From Nemertoderma westbladi (taxonomy: Eukaryota; Animalia; Xenacoelomorpha), in the NCBI GenBank assembly GCA_032718475.1, contig JAUCBJ010000448.1, positions 11,996-75,995 on the forward strand: a stretch of 64,000 nt of DNA, in the 5' to 3' direction. The position numbers were made by a program, and so were the translations under genes. Shown here piece by piece: positions 49,409-62,600 of this stretch. Each line of letters opens with the position of its first letter. Within the stretch, counting starts at the first letter, position 1. The notes beneath the pieces were generated by a model. It was not told where the DNA came from, did no database searches, and saw nothing but the letters and a program-made list of their open reading frames with translations.

Positions 49409-51178
49409 AAATATCTTTACACCATAATTTGTTGGTATGTGTAATTTAATGGACACATGGCCTACTTGGAAAGGACACTGAGGAGAATACAATAAGTAGG
49501 AAATGCACTATGCTTTGTGATACTTACTATTTTACTATCATATCGTCAATCTCTGATAGAAGGTGGTAGTAGAAATGTAAATTAATATTGCAAGACATAA
49601 GAGTCCAAAGTCTCTGTAAAGCATGATGGCTACTTCTTCTTCATAATCATATCATTATTGTGATTATTATAATTATATATAGATATATGTTGTTTTGAAG
49701 TTATCGAAGATGGTAAGTTACTAAATTTACTAGTAATGGTAAGTTTGTTATATAATTATAGTATGTATGTATGTGATTAATTATGATTATTGAATTATTG
49801 TTAGAAGAGAAACTTTTTATTAACTTTTTGATTAATTTATCTCTATTATATCTTTTATTTAATTTTTATTTATAGACATTTCTTCATAATTAGTCAATTT
49901 ATAGTTTTAAACATGTGGATTATTTAAATGATTCTGGAAATAGTTGTCATCTATCAACTCTTTGTTTACATATTTTATTCTGGAGAATGCAATTTCTAGG
50001 TAAGTTGTTAATGGGGGTTGTTATAAAGTAATGTGGAAGAGTGGAAGGGTTTAATATGGAAGATTAACGAGCCTACAAAATTCTCCCATTCTTATAAAGT
50101 AATGAGGGTGGTGGGCGGGGTTGGTGGACAATAAATATTATAAAGTTATTAGGGTGGTGGGCGGGGTTGGAGGACAACAAATATTATAATTTAATGAGGG
50201 TGGTGGGTGGGGTTGGAGGACAATAAATATTGTAAAGTAATGGAAAGGCATTCCAGATGTTTTATGATTATTATCTTACTCATTATCATTTACTTCATTA
50301 CCATTCTATATTATATACCTATACTCTAAATCTCTAAAATCACTGTAAATCTAAGATTAGATAAAATCACTGTAAATCTAAGATTAGAAGCATTTGCTTT
50401 ACTTCTTGTTTACTTGCAAGGTTATTTTAATATATAATGCCTCAGTATAATATCAAATGGGGTGAAACCCGGATTAACTGGAAAATGTTTCATTATTATT
50501 ACAGTAGTGTTTAAGTAAGTAGTATTAATAAAGGATAAGTTAATTATTAATACATATCTTCAACTTTGTTTGTATGGTTGTATTAATAATAATGTTACTT
50601 TATAAATTGGGTCTAATACCATCTTCTTTACTCCAAAATTATGATAACTTATAAGAGGATGGGGTTCGTGATTACTTGTTATTATTATAAAGTTCGGCCA
50701 CTCGTCCCACTCGGCTTTAAAGAGTCCTGCTTACCATACATATGGGCCACACATCGACAGGGTAATGTCCGTAGGACCACTCAACCAACCCGGCCATGCA
50801 AACGCAGCCATTCCAATGCACCTACATGAACTGGTTTCAGAATTGTTAAGATTTTTGAGAGAGTAGAGCCCAACATGCACTTTAAATTAAAGAGTAATAC
50901 AAAATAATTATATCTACCCATTAGAATATATAGATAACAATCATACGTAACATAAATCACTAAATATTAATCCTTCAATCATTGTCATAACTTCTTGTAG
51001 TTTTTTTTACGCAGTTGAATTACTATTATGTTACTATATCGATCGGGGCCAAACCCGCATCACGCGATACAAGCCGAACCCAATTCGTGCCATAAATTCT
51101 ACTCGTCAGCTCCCACCCACAGCTATTATTTGATTGATAGAGGGTTATGATATTTTTTTTGCTTTGGGGTTGGGAATT

Positions 51179-51230
51179 AAGTGCCCCCACTCGGCTATAG
51201 AGAGTGCCTCTCGGTACGTTCACTGGATGT
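51179..51230 (+). other. 3' terminal hairpin + CTGGATGT of the autonomous unit
   Basis: aagtgccccCACTCggctatagaGAGTGcctctcggtacgttcaCTGGATGT. Confidence 0.85.
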
Positions 51231-54200
51231 ATGGGCCGTTCACCGACAGGTATAATGTCCGTAGGACTACTTACATCACTCTGGCCGCGATCCCGTCGAC
51301 GGCGACCTAGCTGAACTGGCTTCGGAAAATTAGAGATAGCCTTTTTGAGAGAATAGAAGGTTTTCTCGAGAACTAGGCAAAAACCACCAATAAAATGTTC
51401 CTAGACCCCCCCCTAAAATTTAATTACAAGACTTTTAGTGAAACTCGGCGACTCGTGAATCTCGACGGTTCTCCGGCTAGGGCCAATTTGAGGCGAAAAA
51501 ACTGGTTCCTTGGCAACTGCCGTTGCTATGCAAAAATCTCAAGAACCGCTAACGCTACGGACTCGGGACCGACGCCAAACTGTAGGCAGCATATGGGTTT
51601 ACCTTCACAATTTAGTTTTTGGAGCGAACCGATCATGATCTTGGCCGCGATCAGCAAAGATCAGTTTTGATCAGCAATCGGACACTCAAGGCTTGCTCCA
51701 ATCGAAAAACTTAACATTACAAAAAGATTCAGCGACCCCACATTAGTTATGATTCCCGTTAAAAAAATTTAAAAAAAGTGAATTCTTCCTGGTCAAAACG
51801 CAAGATCCGGATCGCGCAAAGATCGGACTTTGTAAAATCGTAACTAAGCATTTTGGATATAAACAATTACTGTAAGAAACGTTCAGAACACCGCCCTGAG
51901 TCAATTAAAAAAAAAATTGGCTCGATCGGACAACCGGTTCTCGAGATATGCTTCCTGATCGAAAAAGATCGTGTTTTTTGGTTTTTTCCAATTTTCTCGA
52001 AAACTATCATCGAGACCCCCGATTTTTTTTTTACGAATCGACTTCTATGGTAAAGGGGCACCTTTTGTGCATTTCGAAATTTCCAAAAAGCTATTTGATC
52101 AGGCCGTGATCAGAAAAGATCATGTTTTCGGTTTTATTTCGAAGACCAGGTCCTGTGAGTTCACCGTATGGAAAAACTTAACATCACAAAAAGATTCCTC
52201 ACCCTCGACTTAGGGGGGGTAGCCAAAATTTGGCCATAAAAAAGTTCAAGTCTAGTGGGTCAAAACGCAAGATCATGATCGCCAAAGATCGGACTTTAAT
52301 AAAATCGTAACTAAGCACTTTCGGATTAAACAATTACTGTAAGAAACCTTCGGGGCACCGCCCTGAGTCGATTAAAAAAAAAATTGGCTCGATCGGACAA
52401 ATGGTTCTCGAGATGTGATACCTGATCATAAAAGATCGTGTTTTTTTAGTTTTTTCGAATTTTCTCGAAAACTTTGTTTGAGACCCCCGATTTTTTTTTT
52501 ATGAATCGACTTCTATGGTGAAGGGGCAACGTTTGTGCATTTCGAAATTTTCAAAAAGCGATTTGATCAGGCCGTGATCAGAAAAGATCGTGTTTTCAGT
52601 TTTATTTCGAAGACCAAGTCCTGTGAGTTCACCGTATGGAAAAACTTAACATCACAAAAAGATTCCTCACCCTCGAATTAGGGGGGGTAGCCAAAATTTG
52701 GGCATAAAAAAGTTCAAGTCTAGTGGGTCAAAACTCAAGATCATGATCGGCAAAGATCGGACTTTAATAAAATCGTAACTAAGCACTTTCGGATTAAACA
52801 ATTACTGTAAGAAACCTTCGGGGCACCTCCCTGAGTCGAATAAAAAAAAAATTGGCTCAATCCGACAACCGGATCTCGAGATATGCTACCTGATCGTAAA
52901 AGATCATGTTTTTCGGTTTTTTCAAATTTTCTCGAAAAGTTTGTTTGAGACCCCCGATTTTTTTTTTACTAATCGACTTCTATTAGGAAGGGGCAACTTT
53001 TGAGTATTTCGAAATTTCCTAAAAGTGATTTGATCAGGCAGCGATCAGGAAAGATCGTGTTTTCGGTATTATTTCAAAGAGCAAGTCCTGTGAGTTCACC
53101 GAATGGAAAAACTTAACATCACAAAAAGATTCCTGACCCTCGAATTAGGGGGGGTAGCCAAAATTTGGGCATAAAAAAGTTCAATTCTAGAGGGTCAAAA
53201 GATCATGATCGGAAAAGATCAGTTTTTAAGAAATCTGATGTATGCATTTTCAGACAAAAATTTATAAATAAGAAACATTCACTGGACCGTTCTGAGTAAG
53301 TTAAAACAAAATTCAACTCAATAGGCCTACCGGTACCGGAGATATGGTCGTCCAAAGTCAGCTTCCGGTAATTAGATAATATTTCAAGAACCGTTGATCG
53401 AATTTTTTTTTTGAAAAAATGTGATTGTACAGTTAGGTGACCCGCATCCAACGATATATCACAACCCATATTTCGGATGACAGGTACCGGTAAAATCAGA
53501 CTTTACCAAAAAAAAGTCAAATTTTTTCTACTCATGTCTGACTATCTCTAAAACTATAATAGGTATGAAAATACTTTCACTGTAAGAAAGGTTGGCCTAT
53601 CCAATGCGCTTCTAACGATGTATTCAGATTTTTACCACGGTCAATACTTTTCGAGATATAAACAACTTAAGCCCTGATCACCATGATCGCAAAAGATCAG
53701 TTTTTTAGAATTTTGATGTAAGCCTTTTCAGACAAAATTTTCAAACTAAGAAACATTCAATGGACCGTTCTAAGTAAGTTTAAAAAAAATTCAACTCAAT
53801 AGGCCTACCGGTACCAGAGATATGGTCGTCCAAAGTCTGATTCTCGTAATTTCATGATAACTAGAGGACCATTTATCGAAAAAAATTTTTGAAAACATGT
53901 GAATGTACAGTTTGGTGGCCCGCATCCAACGATATATCACAATCCATATTTCGGATGACAGGTACCGGTAAAATCAGACTTTACCAGAAAAAATTCAAAT
54001 TTTTGCTACTCATGCCTGACTATCTTGAAAACTATAATAGGTATGAAAATACTTTCACTGCAAGAAATGTTCGCCTATCCAATGCGCTTCTAACGCTGTG
54101 CTCAGATTTTGCATAGTATAAAAACCGACTACTTAACCCCCCCGCGGAGGGAACGGAGTGACCGGAGCGCCAAGGGTGGTGGGCGGGGTAGGTGGCAAAC

Positions 54201-55426
54201 ACTATTTATAGGGTGGAGGGAGGGGCTAGTATATTACTTTTGGGTATTTGATTTCTTTTCAATATAGTTTAGGTACCTCAGTCTTATTTATAATATATTA
54301 TACATTATACCAAATTATATGAAGTTCTAATAAACTAGATTCTCCACCTGTAGGATAAATATAAAATGTTGGGCTCATAATATATTTGAAAAATGGATTT
54401 TAGTATTTATATTGTATAACAGATTGCTAATTGATATTATTATGGTACTATACTAAAGACGCTTTGATTATCTGATCAAAAGGCAAGTACTGGCATATTT
54501 TTTAATTCTCTAATCATTCACTAAACTCTAAATCTCTAAAATCACTCTAAATCTAAGATAAGAAACATTTGCTTTACTTCTTGTTTGCCTGCGAGGTTAT
54601 ATTAATATATAATGCCGTAGTATAATATCAAATGGGGTGAAACCCGTATTAACTGGAAAATGTTTCATTATTATTACAATTGGCACATTGAAGTAAGTAG
54701 TATTAATAAAGGATAAGTTAATAAAGGATAAATTAATTATTAATCCATATCTTCAACTTTGTCTATATGGTTGCATTAATAATAATGTTACTTTATCAAT
54801 TGGGTCTAAAACAATCTTCTTTACTCCAAAATTATGATAACTTATAAGAGGACGGGGTTCGTGATTACTTGTTATTATTATAAAGTGCCCCCCACTCGGC
54901 TTTAGAGAGTGCACCCTCGGTTGCTTACCAGACATATGGGCCACACATCGACAGGCTAATGTCCGTAGTACTACTCAACCAACCCGGCCATGCGAACGCA
55001 GTCATTGCAATGCACCTACATGAACTGGTTTCAGAATTGTTAAGATTTTTGAGAGAGTAGAGCCCAACATGCACTTTAAAGTAAAGAGTAATAAAAAATA
55101 ATTAAATCTACCCATTAGAATATATATATATAACAATTACACATAACATATCACTAAATATGAATCCTTCTATCATTGTCGTAACTTCTTGTACTTTGTT
55201 TACGCAGTTGCATTACTAATATGTTACTATATCGATCGGGGCCAAACCCGCATGACGCGACACAAGCCGAACCCAAATCGTGCCATAAATTCTACTCGCC
55301 AGCTCCCACCCACCACTATTATTTGATTGATAGAGGGGGGTTATGATATTTTGTTTGTTTCGGGGTTGGGAATAAAGTGCCCCCACTCGGCTATAGAGAG
55401 TGCCTCTCGGTACGCTTACTGGATGT
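51231..55426 (+). mobile_element. Non-autonomous unit, family E' (4196 bp), with ends most similar to the autonomous element
   Basis: Between junction cores 51223-51230 and 55419-55426. The 5' cassette shares gtccgtaggactac with 22081. The 3' 0.9 kb is similar to 50320-51230. Confidence 0.8.
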
Positions 55427-58400
55427 AGGGGCCCACCACCGGTCAGGTTGTACTGTTCCGGAGGAACTATAACAAGAAGACCGGCCCCGTGATACATGCG
55501 TAGCACATGATCTAGTCTAATCCCGAACTGGGATTCTATAGATAGCCTTTTTGAGAGGAGAGAAGGTTATCTGGAGAACTAAGCCAAAACCACCAATAAG
55601 ATGTTCCTATACCCCCCCCCAAAAATTAATTCTAAGAACTTTTCTCATATATATTGCGCTTCAAATATTTACGGTTCTCCGGCTAGGGCCAATTTGAGGC
55701 CAAAAAACGCGTCCCTCGGCAACCGCCGTTGCTAAGGAGCTACAGCCAAAACGGCTAATGCTACGGAGTTGGGACCGGCGCCAATCGATAGGCAGCATAT
55801 GGGTTTACATTGACAATTTCGTTTTTGGAGCGATCCGGTCATGATCTTGGCGGCGATCAGTAAAGATCAGTTTTGATCAGCAATCGGAAACTCAAGGCTT
55901 GCTCTAATTGAAAAAGTTAACATTACAAAAAGATTCAGCGACCCCACATTAGTCATGATTCCCGTTAAAAGATATTTAAAAAAGTGAATTCTTCCTGATC
56001 AAAACACAAGATCATGATCGCGCAAAGATCGGACTTCGTAAAATCGTAACTAAGCATTTTGGATATAAACAATTACTGTAGGAAACGTTCAGAACACCGC
56101 CCTGAGTCGATTAAAAAAAGAATTGGCTCGATCGGACAACCGGTTCTCGAGATCTGATACCTGATCATTAAAGATCATATTTTTCGGTTTTTTCCAATTT
56201 TCTCGAAAACTTTGTTTGAGACCCCCGATTTTTTTTTTACGAATCGACTTCTATGATGAAGGGGCAACTTTTGAGCATTTCGAAATTTTCAAAAAGCGAT
56301 TTGATCAGGCCGCGATCAGAAAAGATCGTGTTTTTGGTTTTATTTCGAAGACCAAGTCCTGGGAGTTCACCGTATGGAAAAACTTAACATCACAAAAAGA
56401 TTCCTCACCCTCGAATTATGGGGGGTAGCCAAAATTTGGGCATAAAAAAGTTCAAGTCTAGTGGGTCAAAACTCAAGATCATGATCGCGAAAAGATCAGT
56501 ACTTTTAAAATCGAATCTAAGCATTTTTCTAATAAACATTCATTGTAGGAAATGTTTACTGGACCATTCTGAGTTGATTAAAAAAAAAATTGGCTCGATC
56601 GGACCAATGGTTCTCGAGATCTGATACCTGATCATAAAAGATCGTGTTTTTTTAGTTTTTTTGAATTTTCTCGAAAACTTTGTTTGAGACCCCCGATTTT
56701 TTTTTTAAAAATCGACGCCTATGGTGAAGGGGCAACGTTTGTGCATTTCGAAATTTTCAAAAAGCGATTTGATCAGGCCGTGATCAGAAAAGATCGTGTT
56801 TTCGGTTTTATTTCGAAGACCAAGTCCTGTGAGTTCACCGTATGGAAAAACTTAACATCACAAAAAGATTCCTCACCCTCGAATTATGGGGGGTAGCCAA
56901 AATTTGGGCATAAAAAAGTTCAAGTCTAGTGGGTCAAAACTCAAGATCATGATCGCGAAAAGATCAGTATTATTAAAATTGAATCTAAGCATTTTTCTAA
57001 TAAACATTCATTGTATGAAATATTCACTGGACCATTCTGAGTTGATTAAAAAAAAAATTGGCTCGATCGGCCAACCGGTTCTCGAGATCGGCTTCCTGAT
57101 CATAAAAGATCGTGTTTTTTTAGTTTTTTCGAATTTTCTCAAAAACTTTGTTTGAGACCCCCGATTTTTTTTTTACGAATCGACTTCTATGGTGAAGGAG
57201 CAACTTTTGTATATTTCGAAATTTTCAAAAAGCGATTTGATCAGGCCGTGATCAGAAAAGATCGTGTTTTCGGCTTTATTTCAAAGAGCAAGTCCTGTGA
57301 GTTCACCGTATGGAAAAACTTAACATCACAAAAAGATTCCTCACCCTCGAATTAGGGGGGGTAGCCAAAATTTGGGCATAAAAAAGTTCAATTCTAGAGG
57401 GTCAAAAGATCATGATCGCGAAAAGATCAGTTTTTTCGAAATTACTTCTAAGCATTTTGGGGCAAAACTTTCAAACTAAAAAACATTCACTGGAGTGTTC
57501 TAAGTAGATTAAAAAAAATTTCGACTCAATAGGCCTACCGGTACCGGAGATATGGTCGTTTAAAGTCTGCTTCCGGTAATTCGAAAATATTTCGAAAACC
57601 CTTGATCTAATTTTTTCCTTGAAAATATGTGAATGTACAGTTTGTGGACCCGCATCTAACGATATATCACAATGCATATTTCGGATGACAGGTACCGGTA
57701 AAATCAGACTTTACAAAAAAAATTCAAATTTTTTCTACTCATGTCTGACTTTCTCTAAAACTATAACAGGTATGAAAATACTTTCGCCCCAAGAAATGTT
57801 CGCCTATCCAATGCGCTTCTAACGATGTATTCAGATTTGTACAACGGTCAATAGTTTTCGAGATATTAACAACTTAGGCCCTGATCACCATGATCGCAAA
57901 AGATCAGTTTTTTAGAATTTTGATGTAAGCCTTTTCAGACAAAATTTTCAAACTAAAAAACATTCACTGGAGTGTTCTAAGTAGATTAAAAAAAAATTCG
58001 ACTCAATAGGCCTAACGGTACCGGAGATATGGTCGTTCAAAGTCTGCTTCCGGTAATTCGAAAATATTTCGAAAACCCTTGATCGAATTTTTTCCTTGAA
58101 AATATGTGAATGTACAGTTAGTGGACCTGCATTTATCGATATATCACAATCCTTTTTTTGGATGACAGGTACCGGTCAAATCAGACTTTTCCAAAAAAAA
58201 AATCAAATTTTTGCTACTCATGTCTGACTATCTCGAAAACTATAATATGTATGAAAATACTTTCACCCCAAGAAATGTTCGCCTATCCAATGTGCTTCTA
58301 ACGCTGTTCTCGGATTTTGCATAGTATCAAAATCGACTACTTAACCCTCCCGCGGAGGGAACGGAGTGACCGGAGCGCCAAGGGTGGTGGGCGGGGTAGG

Positions 58401-59639
58401 TGGCAAACACTATTTATAGGGTGGAGGGAGGGGCTAGTATATTACTTTCAGGTATTTGATTTCTTTTCAATATAGTTTAGGTACCTCAGTCTTATTTATA
58501 ATATATTATACATTATACCAAATTATATGAAGTTCTAATAAACTAGATTCTCCACCTGTAGGATAAATATACAATGTTGGGCTCATAATATATTTGAAAA
58601 ATCGATTTTAGTATTTATATTGTATAACAGATTGCTAATTGATATTATTATGGTACTATACTAAAGACGCTTTGATTATCTGATCAAAAGGCAAGTACTG
58701 GTATATTTTTTAATTCTCTAATCATTCTCTAAACTCTAAATCTCTAAAATCACTCTAAATCTAAGATAAGAAACATTTGCTTTACTTCTTGTTTGCTTGC
58801 GAGGTGATATTAATATATAATACCACAGTATAAAATCAAATGGGGTGAAACCCGTATTAACTGGAAAATGTTTCATTATTATTACAATTGGCACATTGAT
58901 GTAAGTAGTATTAATAAAGGATAAGTTAATAAAGGATAAGTTAATAAAGGATAAGTTAATTATTAATCCATATCTTCAACTTTGTCTATGACGTTGCATT
59001 AATAATAATGTTACTTTATAAATTAGGTCTAAAACCATCTTCTTTACCAAAAAATTATGATAACTTATAAGAGGACGGGGTTCGTGATTACTTGTTATTA
59101 TTATAAATTGCCCCCACTCGGCTTTAGAGAGTGCACCCTTGGTTGCTTACCGGATGTATGGACCACACACTGACAGGGAGGGTAATGTCTGTAGGAGTAC
59201 TCAAACCAACCCGGCCATTCTAACACAGCCAATCCAACACACTTACCTGAACTGGTTTCAGGATTTTTGAGGAGAGAGTAGAAGGGTATCTCGAGAACTA
59301 AGCATAAACCACCAATAAAATATTCATCGACCCCCCCCCCCCCCCTCCCCACCCAAATTAAATTCCAAGTATTTAAGTGAAACTTGCTGACTCGTGAACC
59401 TTAACAGTTCTAGCTTTCATGTAAATAATGTTACTTTATAAATTGGGGCCAAACCCACATACCCACACAAATATAAGCACCAATTCACACCATAAATTGT
59501 ACTCACCTACCTTATAATAAATTTTATTTTATTTTATTTTATTTGATAGAGGGTTATGATATTTTGTTTGTTTTGGGGTTGGGAATTAAGTGCCCCCACT
59601 CGGCTATAGAGAGTACCTCTTGGTGGTTTCACTGGATGT
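55427..59639 (+). mobile_element. Non-autonomous unit, family C (4213 bp)
   Basis: Between junction cores 55419-55426 and 59632-59639. The 468-bp periodicity is visible in track ORFs at 56216, 56684 and 57152. Confidence 0.8.
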
Positions 59640-62600
59640 AGGGGCCCACCACCGGTCAGGTTGTACTGTTCCGGAGGAACTATAACAAGAAGACCGGCCC
59701 CGTGATACATGCGTAGCACATGATCTAGTCTAATCCCGAACTGGGATTCTATAGATAGCCTTTTTGAGAGGAGAGAAGGTTATCTGGAGAACTAAGCCAA
59801 AACCACCAATAAGATGTTCCTATACCCCCCCCCAAAAATTAATTCTAAGAACTTTTCTCATATATATTGCGCTTCAAATATTTACGGTTCTCCGGCTAGG
59901 GCCAATTTGAGGCCAAAAAACGCGTCCCTCGGCAACCGCCGTTGCTAAGGAGCTACAGCCAAAACGGCTAATGCTACGGAGTTGGGACCGGCGCCAATCG
60001 ATAGGCAGCATATGGGTTTACATTGACAATTTCGTTTTTGGAGCGATCCGGTCATGATCTTGGCGGCGATCAGTAAAGATCAGTTTTGATCAGCAATCGG
60101 AAACTCAAGGCTTGCTCTAATTGAAAAAGTTAACATTACAAAAAGATTCAGCGACCCCACATTAGTCATGATTCCCGTTAAAAGATATTTAAAAAAGTGA
60201 ATTCTTCCTGATCAAAACACAAGATCATGATCGCGCAAAGATCGGACTTCGTAAAATCGTAACTAAGCATTTTGGATATAAACAATTACTGTAGGAAACG
60301 TTCAGAACACCGCCCTGAGTCGATTAAAAAAAGAATTGGCTCGATCGGACAACCGGTTCTCGAGATCTGATACCTGATCATTAAAGATCATATTTTTCGG
60401 TTTTTTCCAATTTTCTCGAAAACTTTGTTTGAGACCCCCGATTTTTTTTTTACGAATCGACTTCTATGATGAAGGGGCAACTTTTGAGCATTTCGAAATT
60501 TTCAAAAAGCGATTTGATCAGGCCGCGATCAGAAAAGATCGTGTTTTTGGTTTTATTTCGAAGACCAAGTCCTGGGAGTTCACCGTATGGAAAAACTTAA
60601 CATCACAAAAAGATTCCTCACCCTCGAATTATGGGGGGTAGCCAAAATTTGGGCATAAAAAAGTTCAAGTCTAGTGGGTCAAAACTCAAGATCATGATCG
60701 CGAAAAGATCAGTACTTTTAAAATCGAATCTAAGCATTTTTCTAATAAACATTCATTGTAGGAAATGTTTACTGGACCATTCTGAGTTGATTAAAAAAAA
60801 AATTGGCTCGATCGGACCAATGGTTCTCGAGATCTGATACCTGATCATAAAAGATCGTGTTTTTTTAGTTTTTTTGAATTTTCTCGAAAACTTTGTTTGA
60901 GACCCCCGATTTTTTTTTTAAAAATCGACGCCTATGGTGAAGGGGCAACGTTTGTGCATTTCGAAATTTTCAAAAAGCGATTTGATCAGGCCGTGATCAG
61001 AAAAGATCGTGTTTTCGGTTTTATTTCGAAGACCAAGTCCTGTGAGTTCACCGTATGGAAAAACTTAACATCACAAAAAGATTCCTCACCCTCGAATTAT
61101 GGGGGGTAGCCAAAATTTGGGCATAAAAAAGTTCAAGTCTAGTGGGTCAAAACTCAAGATCATGATCGCGAAAAGATCAGTATTATTAAAATTGAATCTA
61201 AGCATTTTTCTAATAAACATTCATTGTATGAAATATTCACTGGACCATTCTGAGTTGATTAAAAAAAAAATTGGCTCGATCGGCCAACCGGTTCTCGAGA
61301 TCGGCTTCCTGATCATAAAAGATCGTGTTTTTTTAGTTTTTTCGAATTTTCTCAAAAACTTTGTTTGAGACCCCCGATTTTTTTTTTACGAATCGACTTC
61401 TATGGTGAAGGAGCAACTTTTGTATATTTCGAAATTTTCAAAAAGCGATTTGATCAGGCCGTGATCAGAAAAGATCGTGTTTTCGGCTTTATTTCAAAGA
61501 GCAAGTCCTGTGAGTTCACCGTATGGAAAAACTTAACATCACAAAAAGATTCCTCACCCTCGAATTAGGGGGGGTAGCCAAAATTTGGGCATAAAAAAGT
61601 TCAATTCTAGAGGGTCAAAAGATCATGATCGCGAAAAGATCAGTTTTTTCGAAATTACTTCTAAGCATTTTGGGGCAAAACTTTCAAACTAAAAAACATT
61701 CACTGGAGTGTTCTAAGTAGATTAAAAAAAATTTCGACTCAATAGGCCTACCGGTACCGGAGATATGGTCGTTTAAAGTCTGCTTCCGGTAATTCGAAAA
61801 TATTTCGAAAACCCTTGATCTAATTTTTTCCTTGAAAATATGTGAATGTACAGTTTGTGGACCCGCATCTAACGATATATCACAATGCATATTTCGGATG
61901 ACAGGTACCGGTAAAATCAGACTTTACCAAAAAAAATTCAAATTTTTTCTACTCATGTCTGACTTTCTCTAAAACTATAACAGGTATGAAAATACTTTCG
62001 CCCCAAGAAATGTTCGCCTATCCAATGCGCTTCTAACGATGTATTCAGATTTGTACAACGGTCAATAGTTTTCGAGATATTAACAACTTAGGCCCTGATC
62101 ACCATGATCGCAAAAGATCAGTTTTTTAGAATTTTGATGTAAGCCTTTTCAGACAAAATTTTCAAACTAAAAAACATTCACTGGAGTGTTCTAAGTAGAT
62201 TAAAAAAAAATTCGACTCAATAGGCCTAACGGTACCGGAGATATGGTCGTTCAAAGTCTGCTTCCGGTAATTCGAAAATATTTCGAAAACCCTTGATCGA
62301 ATTTTTTCCTTGAAAATATGTGAATGTACAGTTAGTGGACCTGCATTTATCGATATATCACAATCCTTTTTTTGGATGACAGGTACCGGTCAAATCAGAC
62401 TTTTCCAAAAAAAAAATCAAATTTTTGCTACTCATGTCTGACTATCTCGAAAACTATAATATGTATGAAAATACTTTCACCCCAAGAAATGTTCGCCTAT
62501 CCAATGTGCTTCTAACGCTGTTCTCGGATTTTGCATAGTATCAAAATCGACTACTTAACCCTCCCGCGGAGGGAACGGAGTGACCGGAGCGCCAAGGGTG

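Larger units (their letters stand above)
22081..51230 (+). mobile_element. Giant (29.15 kb) putatively autonomous Helitron-like rolling-circle element embedded as one unit of the tandem array
   Basis: Bounded by junction cores CTGGATGT at 22073-22080 and 51223-51230. The 5' 2.5 kb (22081-~24557) and 3' ~1.1 kb (~50100-51230) are homologous to the ends of neighbouring 4.2-kb units. The interior encodes an intact Rep-helicase on the + strand. The 3' end has a hairpin followed by CTGG, which fits the Helitron CTRR terminus. Confidence 0.85.

Noticed and set aside
47953-49492. Phe/Leu-rich and Lys-rich ORFs after the RepHel stop
   Set aside because: They are translations of the T-rich heptamer tracts.
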